Shown here in pieces: positions 38,165 to 47,251 of a DNA stretch of 64,000 nucleotides; position 1 is the first letter of the stretch, and each line of letters begins with the position of its first letter. This DNA comes from Deltaproteobacteria bacterium (GTDB taxonomy: Bacteria > Myxococcota > Kuafuiibacteriia > Kuafuiibacteriales > Kuafuiibacteriaceae): the NCBI GenBank assembly GCA_040218735.1, contig JAVJQW010000070.1, positions 192,001 through 256,000 of the forward strand, written 5' to 3'. The position numbers and the translations under genes are program-made. The notes under the pieces are model-generated. The model saw nothing but the letters and a program-made list of their open reading frames with translations, was not told the origin of the DNA and did no database searches.

Positions 38165-38598
38165 CGCTCGACCCAGATCGTCACCGGGCCGTCGTTCAAG
38201 AGCTCCACCTTCATGTCCGCGGCGAAGCGCCCCGTCTGAACGTCCGGCACGTAGCCCTTCAGCAGCTCGACGAAGCGCGCGCACGCACCCTCCGCGAACT
38301 CGGGCGCGCCGGCCTCCACGAAGCTCGGCCGGTTCCCCTTCTTCGCGTTGCCGTACAGCGTGAACTGGCTGACGACCAAGACCCCGCCGCCGGTGTCGAC
38401 GACACTGTCGTTCATCTTGCCGTCGGCGTCCGTGAAGATGCGGAGCGACGCGCACTTCTTCGCCATCCAGGCGAGGTCCTCGTCCGTGTCGCCGTCCTTG
38501 ATGCCGACCAGCAGGAGGAGGCCCGGCCCGATCTCTCCGACCGTCTCCCCCTCCACCTTCACACGCGCGTACGCGACGCGCTGCACGAGCACCCGCAT
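38161..38598 (-). CDS. dtd: D-aminoacyl-tRNA deacylase
   Basis: MRVLVQRV, LRIF.D..GKMN, VSQFTL, GNRPSF, NDGPVT. Confidence 0.95.
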   Translation of the reverse strand: MRVLVQRVAYARVKVEGETVGEIGPGLLLLVGIKDGDTDEDLAWMAKKCASLRIFTDADGKMNDSVVDTGGGVLVVSQFTLYGNAKKGNRPSFVEAGAPEFAEGACARFVELLKGYVPDVQTGRFAADMKVELLNDGPVTIWVER

Positions 38599-41327
38599 CA
38601 GGTCCGCGGCGGCCAGAGCTGCTCGGCCGCCACGTCGGCGGCCGGCGGCTCCGCGAGCAGGCGCGGCGAGATCCGAAGGTTCTCCACCGCCGTCGACGCG
38701 AGCACCCGTCCGCACGCGTCGTAGACGGCGTCGCCGTCGATGCCCTGGTACTTGTACACGTCGACCGGGCGGCCGCACTTCGACGCCTTCCGCACGCCGA
38801 GCACCTCCGCCTTCACACCAACGACGCTGCCGAGGTTGTCGACGATGCCCGGCTCGCCGTCGACGAGCGCCACCAGCGGGACGCGCCGCCCCGCGACCGA
38901 GACGAGGTCCGCGCGGTCACGGATCTCGATGGCCCCGTTCGAAGCGCCGTTCGCGCGCGTGATGTGCAGGTCACCGGTGATGCCCAAGCCTTCGCGGAGG
39001 TGACGGTAGTCGTTGTCGTGCGCGAGGTTGCCGCAGAGCAGATCGCCGCACGTCACGACAATGACGTTGGCGTAGATGCCCTCCTCGAGGAGCCGGTCGG
39101 ACGCGGCGAGCGCCTCCGTCCCGAGCGCACCCATCGAGAAGATGTTCACGACGTTCTCACCCGGCTCGTACCCGGCCGCGCCGCGGTGGTCGACGAGGTA
39201 GTAGCCGCCCTCGAGCGCGTCCTTGCGCGTGGTCTCGAGGATGTCCTCCTCGCTCCACCCCTCGAACCGCGCCGCCTTCGACAGGCGCTTCATCATCTCC
39301 GGCTGCTGCACCGCGCGCGTCACCGCGCGGATGATCACACCCGTGCGGTTCTTGTTGTCGCGCAGGTAGTGGCGCCGCACGGCGTCGGAGAGGATCCAGT
39401 CGATCTCCAACGAGTAGAAGGGCTCCCAGATGATGACGTTCGGCATCCCGATGTCGCTCTTCCAGCTGTGCTGCGCCCCCTCCGGCGCGAGCGTCACCCC
39501 CGACGGCGTCCCGACGCAGATGAACGACGAGCCCCAGTACAGGTTGTAGTAGAGCTGGTCGAACGCACGCTTGATGAAGAAGTCGTAGACGGTCATCACC
39601 GGCAGGAACGGGATGCCGACGTGGTCGTGCATCTTCCCGAACGCACCGACCGCCGACATGCAGTTCGCCTCCGCGATTTCGAAGCGGATGTGCCGCGCCC
39701 ACGCGTCCTCGTGCGGCGCCAGCTTCGGCCGACGACGGTCCGCGACGCCGAGCGCCTCCTCGTAGTCCTCCGAGTGCTCCGGCCCGTAGATGCGATCGTC
39801 CATCGCGGGGTTGATGTTCGTCGACGTGCCCACGTCCGGCGCCATCGTCAGGAACATGTCCGCCGCGGGGCCCCACCGCTTCTCGTCCCCCTCGAGCGGC
39901 TCCTGGGGCGCGTTGCCGTTCCGGATCGGCTCGTACGCGTTGCCGATGCGGATGATCTTCGCGGCGAGCTGCCCCCACACGTACTGCGTGTGCACGAGCG
40001 GCAGGTACTTCAGGTTCACGCCGAGCGTCTCCGGCAAGCCGTCTTGCACCGCCGAGTCGAAGCGCGTGACGTTGTCGTCCTTCAGCGCCCAGATCGCCTC
40101 CTGACCTTCGCGCATGATCTTGCGTCGCTCGGCGAGGAACGCGCCCGGCTCGGTGTCCTCTGCGAACAGCTCGAACGGCGCGTCGTTGTCGAGCCCCTCG
40201 CTCTCGAGGAGCGCCTCCACCTCGTCGCCCTTCGGCACCGCGTTGTGGTTGCCGGGCGCCGCGTAGCTCTCGAGGCCCCAGCCCTTGATCGTGTGCGCGA
40301 CGATCAGCGTCGGGTTGATCGGGTCGAGCTTGCTGCGCCGGAGCGCGTCGAGCATGACCGCGACGTCGTGGCCGCCGAGGTCCGCGAAGATCGCGTAGAC
40401 CTCGTCGTCGCGGTACTCGGCGAGCGCCTTCTCGAGCTTCTTGTCGAGCGCGACGAGGCGCTCGCGCACGACGCTGCCGTCGCGGCGGAGCACCAACATC
40501 TGGAACTCGAAGTCCGAGAACGCCTCCTCGAGCACCTTGCGGAGGACGGCGCCGCCCTCCTTCTCGAACGCCGCGAGGCGCTTGCGACCGTGCTGCGCCT
40601 GGATGACGTCCCACCCGTTGGCGACGCAGACGCGCTCCATGCGCGAGGCGTCGGTGCCCCGGATGCCGCGCATGTTCGGGATGCGGGTGCCGTCGAGGTT
40701 CTGGCGGTTGTAGTCGACGATCCAGGTGACGTTGCCGAGCTCGCGCTCGGCGGCGTCCGGGAGCGCCTCCATCAGCGAGCCCTCGCGGAACTCGGAGTCC
40801 CCCATCAGCGACCAGAAGTGCGCGTCCTTCGGCACACGCAGCTTGTGATCGTCCGCGTAGCGGTAAGCGAGCGCGGTGTAGATCGAGACCACCGGCGGGA
40901 TGCCGACCGAGCCGGACGGGAAGTAGACGTTGCCGTCCGGGTCGCTCTCCGCGTGGTAGCTCTGGAACACGGGCTCGCCGTTCTGCGAGAACTTCCGCAG
41001 GCGGTACATGACCTCGGCGCCCTCGTCGTCCGAGAGCCACTTGCGACCGTAGGGCTCGTGGAACATGCCCATCAGGTAGTTGAGCGAGTGATCGACCGGC
41101 GAAGCGTGCGGCTTCACGGCGATCAGGTCCTGGGGCTGCCGCACGCCGAGGTGCAGCGCGGACATGATGTGAACGCAGGACGAGCAGGCGGCGGGGTGCC
41201 CGCCGACCTTCGGATCGCCCTCCATCACGTCGTCGCGGTGGTTGGCTTCGTAGATCATCTTCGTCGCGTAGACGAAGGCACGGCGCGCGATGCGCTCGAT
41301 GACGGCGACTTCCTTGGGGTCCCTCAT
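38598..41327 (-). CDS. Pyruvate dehydrogenase E1 (AceE-like homodimeric, TPP-dependent)
   Basis: KVGGHPA, KPHASP, FQSY, GSVG, GDSE...DYNRQNLDG (TPP motif), GGHD, TIKGWG, IAEAN, GVTLAPEGAQH. Confidence 0.82.
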   Translation of the reverse strand: MRDPKEVAVIERIARRAFVYATKMIYEANHRDDVMEGDPKVGGHPAACSSCVHIMSALHLGVRQPQDLIAVKPHASPVDHSLNYLMGMFHEPYGRKWLSDDEGAEVMYRLRKFSQNGEPVFQSYHAESDPDGNVYFPSGSVGIPPVVSIYTALAYRYADDHKLRVPKDAHFWSLMGDSEFREGSLMEALPDAAERELGNVTWIVDYNRQNLDGTRIPNMRGIRGTDASRMERVCVANGWDVIQAQHGRKRLAAFEKEGGAVLRKVLEEAFSDFEFQMLVLRRDGSVVRERLVALDKKLEKALAEYRDDEVYAIFADLGGHDVAVMLDALRRSKLDPINPTLIVAHTIKGWGLESYAAPGNHNAVPKGDEVEALLESEGLDNDAPFELFAEDTEPGAFLAERRKIMREGQEAIWALKDDNVTRFDSAVQDGLPETLGVNLKYLPLVHTQYVWGQLAAKIIRIGNAYEPIRNGNAPQEPLEGDEKRWGPAADMFLTMAPDVGTSTNINPAMDDRIYGPEHSEDYEEALGVADRRRPKLAPHEDAWARHIRFEIAEANCMSAVGAFGKMHDHVGIPFLPVMTVYDFFIKRAFDQLYYNLYWGSSFICVGTPSGVTLAPEGAQHSWKSDIGMPNVIIWEPFYSLEIDWILSDAVRRHYLRDNKNRTGVIIRAVTRAVQQPEMMKRLSKAARFEGWSEEDILETTRKDALEGGYYLVDHRGAAGYEPGENVVNIFSMGALGTEALAASDRLLEEGIYANVIVVTCGDLLCGNLAHDNDYRHLREGLGITGDLHITRANGASNGAIEIRDRADLVSVAGRRVPLVALVDGEPGIVDNLGSVVGVKAEVLGVRKASKCGRPVDVYKYQGIDGDAVYDACGRVLASTAVENLRISPRLLAEPPAADVAAEQLWPPRT

Positions 41328-41420
41328 GGCTGTGGTCGCCTGTTAGACCAGGACGCCCCGCCCCGCCACAACCACGTACTTTTGCCGGTTGACGGCCTCG
41401 CGCGACTCGGATAAATAATA

Positions 41421-41437
41421 TTGAGAATGGTTCTCAA
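41421..41437. promoter_or_regulatory. Fur-box-like palindrome 1
   Basis: TTGAGAA-TGG-TTCTCAA with perfect arms in an AT-rich patch, just downstream of TTGACG (41389) and an AT-rich -10 region (~41412). Confidence 0.7.
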
Positions 41438-41439
41438 AA

Positions 41440-41575
41440 TCAGTTGAGTCCCCTTTGCCCGGCGCCGACACGAAACCGAATTCGATGCATCGACCCCTTA
41501 CCCGCGAAGCCTCGAAACACTCTTGGTCGGTTCGTCGTCGGCGCCGGGGTGTGCTTCACCCCGCGCGACCGATGG
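41440..41575 (+). ncRNA. Candidate structured RNA (sRNA or 5' leader)
   Basis: 41458-41479 pairs almost fully with 41527-41548; internal palindrome 41482-41493; alternative hairpin 41546-41562. Confidence 0.35.
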
Positions 41576-41588
41576 GGTATCTGCGCAG

Positions 41589-41625
41589 TTGCCAGGATGT
41601 AGGCTGATTTCGATAATCATTCGCA
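41589..41625 (+). promoter_or_regulatory. Sigma70-like promoter overlapped by Fur-box-like site 2
   Basis: TTGCCA (41589)-17 nt-GATAAT (41612); CGATAATCATTCGCA (41611-41625) resembles TGATAATnATTATCA. Confidence 0.6.
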
Positions 41626-41653
41626 GAATCAGGCCGATTCGAACGACGACCGC

Positions 41654-42223
41654 ATGCGCACCCTCTTCCCGAGCGCCCTGACGCTGATCCTCACGTTCGC
41701 CGCGACGCCCGCGCACGCCGACGAGGACGTGTACTTCACGACGAAGAGCGTCCTGAAGTCGTTCTTCAAGACCTCGAAGAAGGTCACCTACGTGAAGATC
41801 GACGCGAAGGCGAACCGCGACGAGCTCCGTCGCACGCTCGGGTACGTCCCGAACAAGAAGACGTACGCGGTGTTCGTCGCGAAGACCGGTGAGCACATCG
41901 ACGGCTATGCACTGGTCGACGAGGAGATGGGCCAGCACCTCCCGATCACGTTCGCGGTGAAGTTTTCGCCGAACGGCACCGTCGAGCGCACCGAGGTCAT
42001 GGTCTACCGCGAAGGGTACGGCGACGAGATCCGCGAAGAACGTTTCCGTCGCCAGTTCGTCGGCAAGGCCACCCGCGATCGCTTCTCGCTCGGCGACGAC
42101 ATCATCGCGATCTCCGGCGCCACCATCTCCGCCAAGTCCATGGCCATCGGCGTGAAACGCGCCGTCGCGCTCGTGGCGCTGGCACGTCGCGAGCTCGGGA
42201 CCGTCGCCAGCACGACGCCCTGA
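41654..42223 (+). CDS. Exported FMN-binding (flavinylation-site) protein
   Basis: Signal peptide; PITFAV, VMVYREGYG.EI....FRRQFVGK, AISGATISA (SGAT flavinylation motif). Confidence 0.85.
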   Translation: MRTLFPSALTLILTFAATPAHADEDVYFTTKSVLKSFFKTSKKVTYVKIDAKANRDELRRTLGYVPNKKTYAVFVAKTGEHIDGYALVDEEMGQHLPITFAVKFSPNGTVERTEVMVYREGYGDEIREERFRRQFVGKATRDRFSLGDDIIAISGATISAKSMAIGVKRAVALVALARRELGTVASTTP

Positions 42224-42783
42224 TGCGTGCGTTCGCGAAGCCGACCCCGATCGGTCGGCTCTCGGTCGAAGCGCGCGTCGTCTACACCGCGTTCTGCGTG
42301 TTCATGCTGCTCGGTTACTTCACGAGCGCGTGGCTCTACCTCGACGACGACCTCGGCGTGCGCCCCGCCGACACCGAGCGCTACTACCTCGGTGAGGAGA
42401 CGACGGATGCCTCGACGAGCGACGACGGTCCGGCGCTCGACCTCCCCGAAGAGGACGCCCTCCCCGACCAGGCGCTCCGCCTCGAAAAGCCCGCGCGCCA
42501 GGTGATGGAGACGTTCCACTTCCACCTGTTCTCGATGCCGGTGTGCCTGCTGATCATCGCGCACATCTTCATGATGTGCGGCGTGTCCACGCGCCACAAA
42601 GTGGTGTGGATCGGCGCGGCCACGGTGACCACGTTCGTGCACCTCGTGACGCCCGTGTTGGTGCGCTTCGTCTCCCCCGGCTTCGCGTTCCTCATGTTCC
42701 CGAGCGCGGTGTTGATGGGGGTTTCGTGGCTGTACCTAACCGGCCGCCCAGTGCTCGAGATGTGGTCCCCGAAGGCGTCCTGA
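42223..42783 (+). CDS. Membrane protein (~4 TM) with His residues in or near the TMs
   Basis: TGATG overlap with the FMN-binding gene; ETFHFHLFSMP, IAHIF, FVHL. Confidence 0.7.
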   Translation: MRAFAKPTPIGRLSVEARVVYTAFCVFMLLGYFTSAWLYLDDDLGVRPADTERYYLGEETTDASTSDDGPALDLPEEDALPDQALRLEKPARQVMETFHFHLFSMPVCLLIIAHIFMMCGVSTRHKVVWIGAATVTTFVHLVTPVLVRFVSPGFAFLMFPSAVLMGVSWLYLTGRPVLEMWSPKAS

Positions 42784-43041
42784 GCGTTCGATCGCCGTCC
42801 ACCCGAGCGCCGCCGCGACGGCGGTGATTCGTTCGTCCGCGTCGTCCGCCCAGACGTCGATCGTCGCCACGCCGAGCTCGGGCCAGGTGTGCACGACGAT
42901 CGTCGACGCCGCCGCGAAGTACGTCGCCGAGAGGCCGTGCGGCGCCCAGCGCCACGTCACCCCTTCACCGAAGCGCGCGCGCAGCGCATCGAGGGTCGGC
43001 TCGTGGGCGCCGATCGCCCAGGTCCCGAACGCGTGATTCAC
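42736..43041 (-). CDS. Degenerate AdoMetDC (SpeD/SpeH) paralog lacking the ESH Glu/His and the catalytic Cys
   Basis: WAPHGLS......ASTIVVHTWPELGVATIDVW matches FxPxGVS......ESHxxIHTWPExGYAxxDxFTC; GTGA overlap with the upstream paralog. Confidence 0.7.
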   Translation of the reverse strand: MNHAFGTWAIGAHEPTLDALRARFGEGVTWRWAPHGLSATYFAAASTIVVHTWPELGVATIDVWADDADERITAVAAALGWTAIERSGRLRGPHLEHWAAG

Positions 43042-43367
43042 GACGCCCCTCGCTCCACGCGCTGCACCGCGCACCGTTCGAACCTGAACACCTCACGCAG
43101 TGTTCGCACCGCGAGGTCTTCGTCGAACGCTCGGCACGAGAAGACGTCGGCGTGCACGGCGCGGCCTCGCGTGTGGATGCTGATGTGGCTCTCGGAGATC
43201 AGGACGATGCCCACCACGCCGTCCGCCTGGGCGCGGATCTGCGGGGGTGCGACGGCGGTCAGCGCGAGGCGCTCCACCAAACACACGAGCGCCCGCTCGA
43301 CGCCGGCTTCGTCCAACGCGGCGGTGCAGTCGTCCGCGTCGATCAACAGGTGTACGCCGAGCGACAC
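43038..43367 (-). CDS. speD: Pyruvoyl-dependent S-adenosylmethionine decarboxylase family proenzyme
   Basis: LGVHLLID..DC, GVVGIVLISESHISIHT, DVFSCRAFD, ERG. Confidence 0.8.
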   Translation of the reverse strand: MSLGVHLLIDADDCTAALDEAGVERALVCLVERLALTAVAPPQIRAQADGVVGIVLISESHISIHTRGRAVHADVFSCRAFDEDLAVRTLREVFRFERCAVQRVERGAS

Positions 43368-43398
43368 GCGGCGTCTGTACCGCGCTGCGCTGCGTCTG

Positions 43399-45510
43399 TC
43401 ATTCGGCGACCTTCACGTACGCGTCGTAGAGCGACTGGATGTGTGAGACGTACGCGACCGGCTCGCGCCCGCGGCAGAACCCGTGGCGCGCGCGGTCCGC
43501 GTACTTCTTCTCGGAGAGCATCAGGAGCGCCTTCTCGACGTTGCCGAACCACACGTCCTTGTCGAGGCCCTCGCGCGCTGCGAGCCGCCGCGCGTCGTAC
43601 ACGTGCCCGAGCCCGACGTTGTACGAAGCGAGCGCAAACCGCATCCGCTCCGCGAAGGGGATCGACGGATCGAAGCGCGAGAGCATCCGCCCCATGTACT
43701 TGATCCCCGCGTGGGTCCCGATCGCCGGGTTCTCGAGGTTCTTGAACCCCATCGACGCCCCCGTCTTCGGCATCACCTGGAACAGTCCCTTCGCGCCGAC
43801 CCAGCTCTTCGCTTTCGGGTCGAAGCGGCTCTCGACGTAGGCCTGCGCCGCCATGAGCCGCCAGTCGAACCCGTACTTCGCCGCGAACTTCTTGATGAGC
43901 GCGTCGAACGGAGAGATCTGCCCGGTCTTCGTCACGCGGTTGTCCTGGTACTTCGCGATCGAGTGCTCGTTCACGAAGTACCGCTTCTTCAGCACGTTGT
44001 AGGTGAGGCCGCGGTAGTTCTTCTTCACGAACGCCGAGAGGAACGCTTCTAGCTTCTTCGCGTCGGGCCGCACCGCGTACGCGATCTCGCGCTCGTCGGA
44101 CAGGTCGAACGCGGCCTCGACCTCCACGCCGTAGGTCTGCTCGATCTTCAGTAGGTGCTCATCGGCGATCGTGTACTCGATCTCCCCCGCCGCGATCTGC
44201 CCGAGCAACACGGGTGTCTCGACGTCGCCCGGGACGTCGACGACCTTCGGGTTCACGCCCGACGCCTTCAGCTCCTCCAGCGTCGCGCGATAACTCGACG
44301 ACGGCCGCACGTGGATCGTCACGCCGTCGAGCGCCTCCTTCGACGCCGGCCCCTCGGCGCCCTTCTTCTTCACGAGCACCTCCTTGGTGAACAGGTACGG
44401 CGTGCTGAACGCGACCTTCGCCTTGCGTTTGTCCGTCACCGTCATCTGCGCCGCGATCACGTCGCCCTTGCCTTCGAGCAGCCACGGGATGAGGTCGGAG
44501 CGGCTCGGCGGGACGACGGTCTCCAGGCGCACGTCGAGCTCCTTCGCGATGAGCTTCGCCATCTCGTAGTCGAAGCCGCGCTCGTCGCCCTTGTAGAGGA
44601 AGTAACTCGCTGCGTTGTTCCGGGTGAGGACACGCAACACGCCGCGCTCCTTGATGCCGTCGAGGTCCCCGGTGAAGTCGGGGTCGCGCTTCTCGGACAT
44701 CGCACGCTCGATGTGGAAGCGGTCGAGCGCCTCCTTCAGCTTCGGGTTGCTCTTGCGCACCGCCCACGCGATCTCCCGCTTCTCGTCGAGCGCGAACGCA
44801 CGCGCGATATCCGGGTTGTACTGTTCGAACGCCGCCAGCAAGTGGCTGTCGACGACCGTGAGGAGCTTGTCCTTCGACGTCGTCACCTTGTCGACGATCG
44901 CGTCGGTGTCGAGGTGCTCGTCGGCGTAGTCGATCTTCAGCGTGTGCTCCTTCGCGAGCGCTTCCAGTGAAGACGCGTACGACGAGCTCTTCCGAACGAG
45001 GAACGTCCAGCCCTCGGCGTCCTCGATCTTCTCCGGGACGCCCTCCGCCCCCTTCTTTGCGACGACGATCTCCTCGACTCCGAGCGTCGAGCGCGCGAAC
45101 GCGACCTGGTCCTCGCGCGCGTCGGTCACCGTGAGCTGCGCCGCGATCAGATCCCCGCGTCCTTCGATCAGCGCGGGGATGAGCGCCTCGTAGCGATCGA
45201 CCAGGACGAACACCGGCTCCACCCCCAGCGAGTCCGCGAACGTCTCGGCGTTCTCGATGTCCTCGAGCCACGGCATCCCGGCGCGCGGGAGGAACTGCGC
45301 TCCGGACCGACGGACGAGGACGCGCAACGTCCCACGCGCCTCGATCGCTTCGAGGTCGCCGACGTCCTGGTCCGCGTCCGCCGCCGCCTGCGTGGCCTTC
45401 ACGGGGCGCGACTTCTTGGCCTTCTTCGCCCCCGTCGTCGTCTCCCCCTCCTTGGACTTACACGCGCCGGCGGCGAGGAGGACGGACAGTGCGACGATTC
45501 GGGCATACAT
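43399..45510 (-). CDS. mltF: MltF-like lipoprotein: two family-3 substrate-binding domains plus lytic transglycosylase
   Basis: Lipobox AAGAC; duplicated GDL..I..RG.LRVL...LIP.L.EG.GD.IAA domains; DWRLMAAQAYVESRF, GLFQVMP, ASYNVG. Confidence 0.82.
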   Translation of the reverse strand: MYARIVALSVLLAAGACKSKEGETTTGAKKAKKSRPVKATQAAADADQDVGDLEAIEARGTLRVLVRRSGAQFLPRAGMPWLEDIENAETFADSLGVEPVFVLVDRYEALIPALIEGRGDLIAAQLTVTDAREDQVAFARSTLGVEEIVVAKKGAEGVPEKIEDAEGWTFLVRKSSSYASSLEALAKEHTLKIDYADEHLDTDAIVDKVTTSKDKLLTVVDSHLLAAFEQYNPDIARAFALDEKREIAWAVRKSNPKLKEALDRFHIERAMSEKRDPDFTGDLDGIKERGVLRVLTRNNAASYFLYKGDERGFDYEMAKLIAKELDVRLETVVPPSRSDLIPWLLEGKGDVIAAQMTVTDKRKAKVAFSTPYLFTKEVLVKKKGAEGPASKEALDGVTIHVRPSSSYRATLEELKASGVNPKVVDVPGDVETPVLLGQIAAGEIEYTIADEHLLKIEQTYGVEVEAAFDLSDEREIAYAVRPDAKKLEAFLSAFVKKNYRGLTYNVLKKRYFVNEHSIAKYQDNRVTKTGQISPFDALIKKFAAKYGFDWRLMAAQAYVESRFDPKAKSWVGAKGLFQVMPKTGASMGFKNLENPAIGTHAGIKYMGRMLSRFDPSIPFAERMRFALASYNVGLGHVYDARRLAAREGLDKDVWFGNVEKALLMLSEKKYADRARHGFCRGREPVAYVSHIQSLYDAYVKVAE

Positions 45511-45588
45511 CGAAGACCACCCTAACATCGCGTCGCGCTCGGGCCCGTTTGACACGGGTCCGGCCCCGCGACATGACTAGTCGGACCG

Positions 45589-47241
45589 ATGGGCGATGAA
45601 GTCGGACGTCGGGGACGCATCGAAGTCGTGAGCGGGCCCCTCGCGGGCCTGACGCGCGAGTTCGACGACGCGCTGTCGATCGGCCGGCGCGTCGAAAACG
45701 ACCTCGCGCTCGTCGACGATCAGGTCTCGCGTCGCCACGCACAGATTCAGCGCGACGGCGACGCATTCACCGTCGAGGACGTCGGCAGTCGCCTCGGTAC
45801 ACGCGTCGACGGCCGGCCGATTCGCGGCCCTACGCTCCTCACCGAGGGCACGACCGTCACCGTCGGCGCGACGCTGCTCCGCTTCACGAGTCATCCGCGT
45901 GAGCCCGACACGATGCCGGAGACGAAGGCGTTCCGTTCGCCGGTCGTCGCCGCCAAGACGCTCACCGCGCTCCCGCGAATGCAGGGCTCGCAGCCTCAAA
46001 CCCTCGACCTCAAGGTCGTCGGCATCGAGCGTTCGGTCGAATCGGACGATCTCGACGCCAAGAACGAAAAAGAGCTGCGCAGCGCCGGCAAACATCTTCA
46101 GACGCTGCTGCTCGCCAACCGCATCATCTCCACGGAGGTCGACACCGACGCCCTCCTCGAACGCATCCTCGATGCACTCTTCGAGACCTTCTCCGTGCAC
46201 CGCGCGGTCATCTGCACGCTCGGCGCCGACAACACCCTCGACGTCCGCGCCACACGCACGAAACGGCGCGGCGGCGAGCAGCCGCAGATCAGCAGCACCA
46301 TCGCGTACCGCGCGCTCGAAGAGCGCGTCGGCGTCCTCACGCACGACGCGAGCTCCGACCAGCGCTTCGACGCGAAGAAGAGCATCGTCGACCAGAACAT
46401 CCGCTCCGCGATCGCCGCGCCGATGATCCACCGCGACCGGACACTCGGCGTCATCTACCTCGACACCGTCGGCATCGCGCGCATCTTCAGCGAGCAGGAT
46501 CTCGAGCTGCTCAACGGCATCGCGTCGGCCGCGGCGGGTGCGCTCGACCGCGCCTCACTCGTCGCGCGCCTGAAGAACACCGCGGCGGAGACGATCCGCC
46601 GCCTCGCCGTCGCGGCGGAGTACCGCGACGACGACACCGGCTTCCACATCCACCGCATGAGCGAGTACGCGGCCCAGATCGCGCGCGCGCTCGCGTACGA
46701 CGAAGCGTTCTGCGAGAACGTCCAGCTCGCTAGCCCGATGCACGACGTCGGCAAGATCGGGATCCCCGATCACATCCTGAAGAAACCTGGCCGGCTCACG
46801 TCGGAGGAGTTCGAGATCATGAAGTCGCACACCACCAAGGGGGGTGCGATCCTCGTGGGCTCGGAGTCGGAGCTCCTCCAGATGGCCTACCGTGTCGCAA
46901 TGGGACACCACGAGAAGTTCGACGGTTCAGGATACCCCGTGGGTCTCGTCGGGGAGGCGATCCCCATCGAGGGGCGCATCGTCGCGGTCGCCGACGTATT
47001 CGACGCCCTCGCCTCCAAGCGCTGCTACAAACCCGCGTTCGAGCTCGACGCGTGCTTCGAGATGATCGTGGAGGGACGGGGAGCGCACTTCGATCCGGCC
47101 GTCGTCGACGCCTTCATGGACACCAAGGCGGACATCCTCGAGATCCGCGAACACTACCTCGAGCTGGAACGCCAGGCCGAACAGATGGACGAAGCCCCCA
47201 GCTTCGAGAACCTCTGGAAGCGCTCCGGCGCGCTGTCGTAG
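45589..47241 (+). CDS. FHA-GAF-HD-GYP cyclic dinucleotide phosphodiesterase
   Basis: IGR...VSRRHA (FHA); SAIAAPM...GVIYLD...FSEQDL (GAF); HDVGKIG, HHEKFDGSGYP, ADVFDAL. Confidence 0.9.
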   Translation: MGDEVGRRGRIEVVSGPLAGLTREFDDALSIGRRVENDLALVDDQVSRRHAQIQRDGDAFTVEDVGSRLGTRVDGRPIRGPTLLTEGTTVTVGATLLRFTSHPREPDTMPETKAFRSPVVAAKTLTALPRMQGSQPQTLDLKVVGIERSVESDDLDAKNEKELRSAGKHLQTLLLANRIISTEVDTDALLERILDALFETFSVHRAVICTLGADNTLDVRATRTKRRGGEQPQISSTIAYRALEERVGVLTHDASSDQRFDAKKSIVDQNIRSAIAAPMIHRDRTLGVIYLDTVGIARIFSEQDLELLNGIASAAAGALDRASLVARLKNTAAETIRRLAVAAEYRDDDTGFHIHRMSEYAAQIARALAYDEAFCENVQLASPMHDVGKIGIPDHILKKPGRLTSEEFEIMKSHTTKGGAILVGSESELLQMAYRVAMGHHEKFDGSGYPVGLVGEAIPIEGRIVAVADVFDALASKRCYKPAFELDACFEMIVEGRGAHFDPAVVDAFMDTKADILEIREHYLELERQAEQMDEAPSFENLWKRSGALS

Positions 47242-47251
47242 ACTTCGCGCC

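Noticed and set aside
41485-41607. 40-aa small ORF in the Fur-box intergenic region (MHRPLTRE...)
   Set aside because: No RBS and atypical codon usage; the RNA structure explanation fits better.
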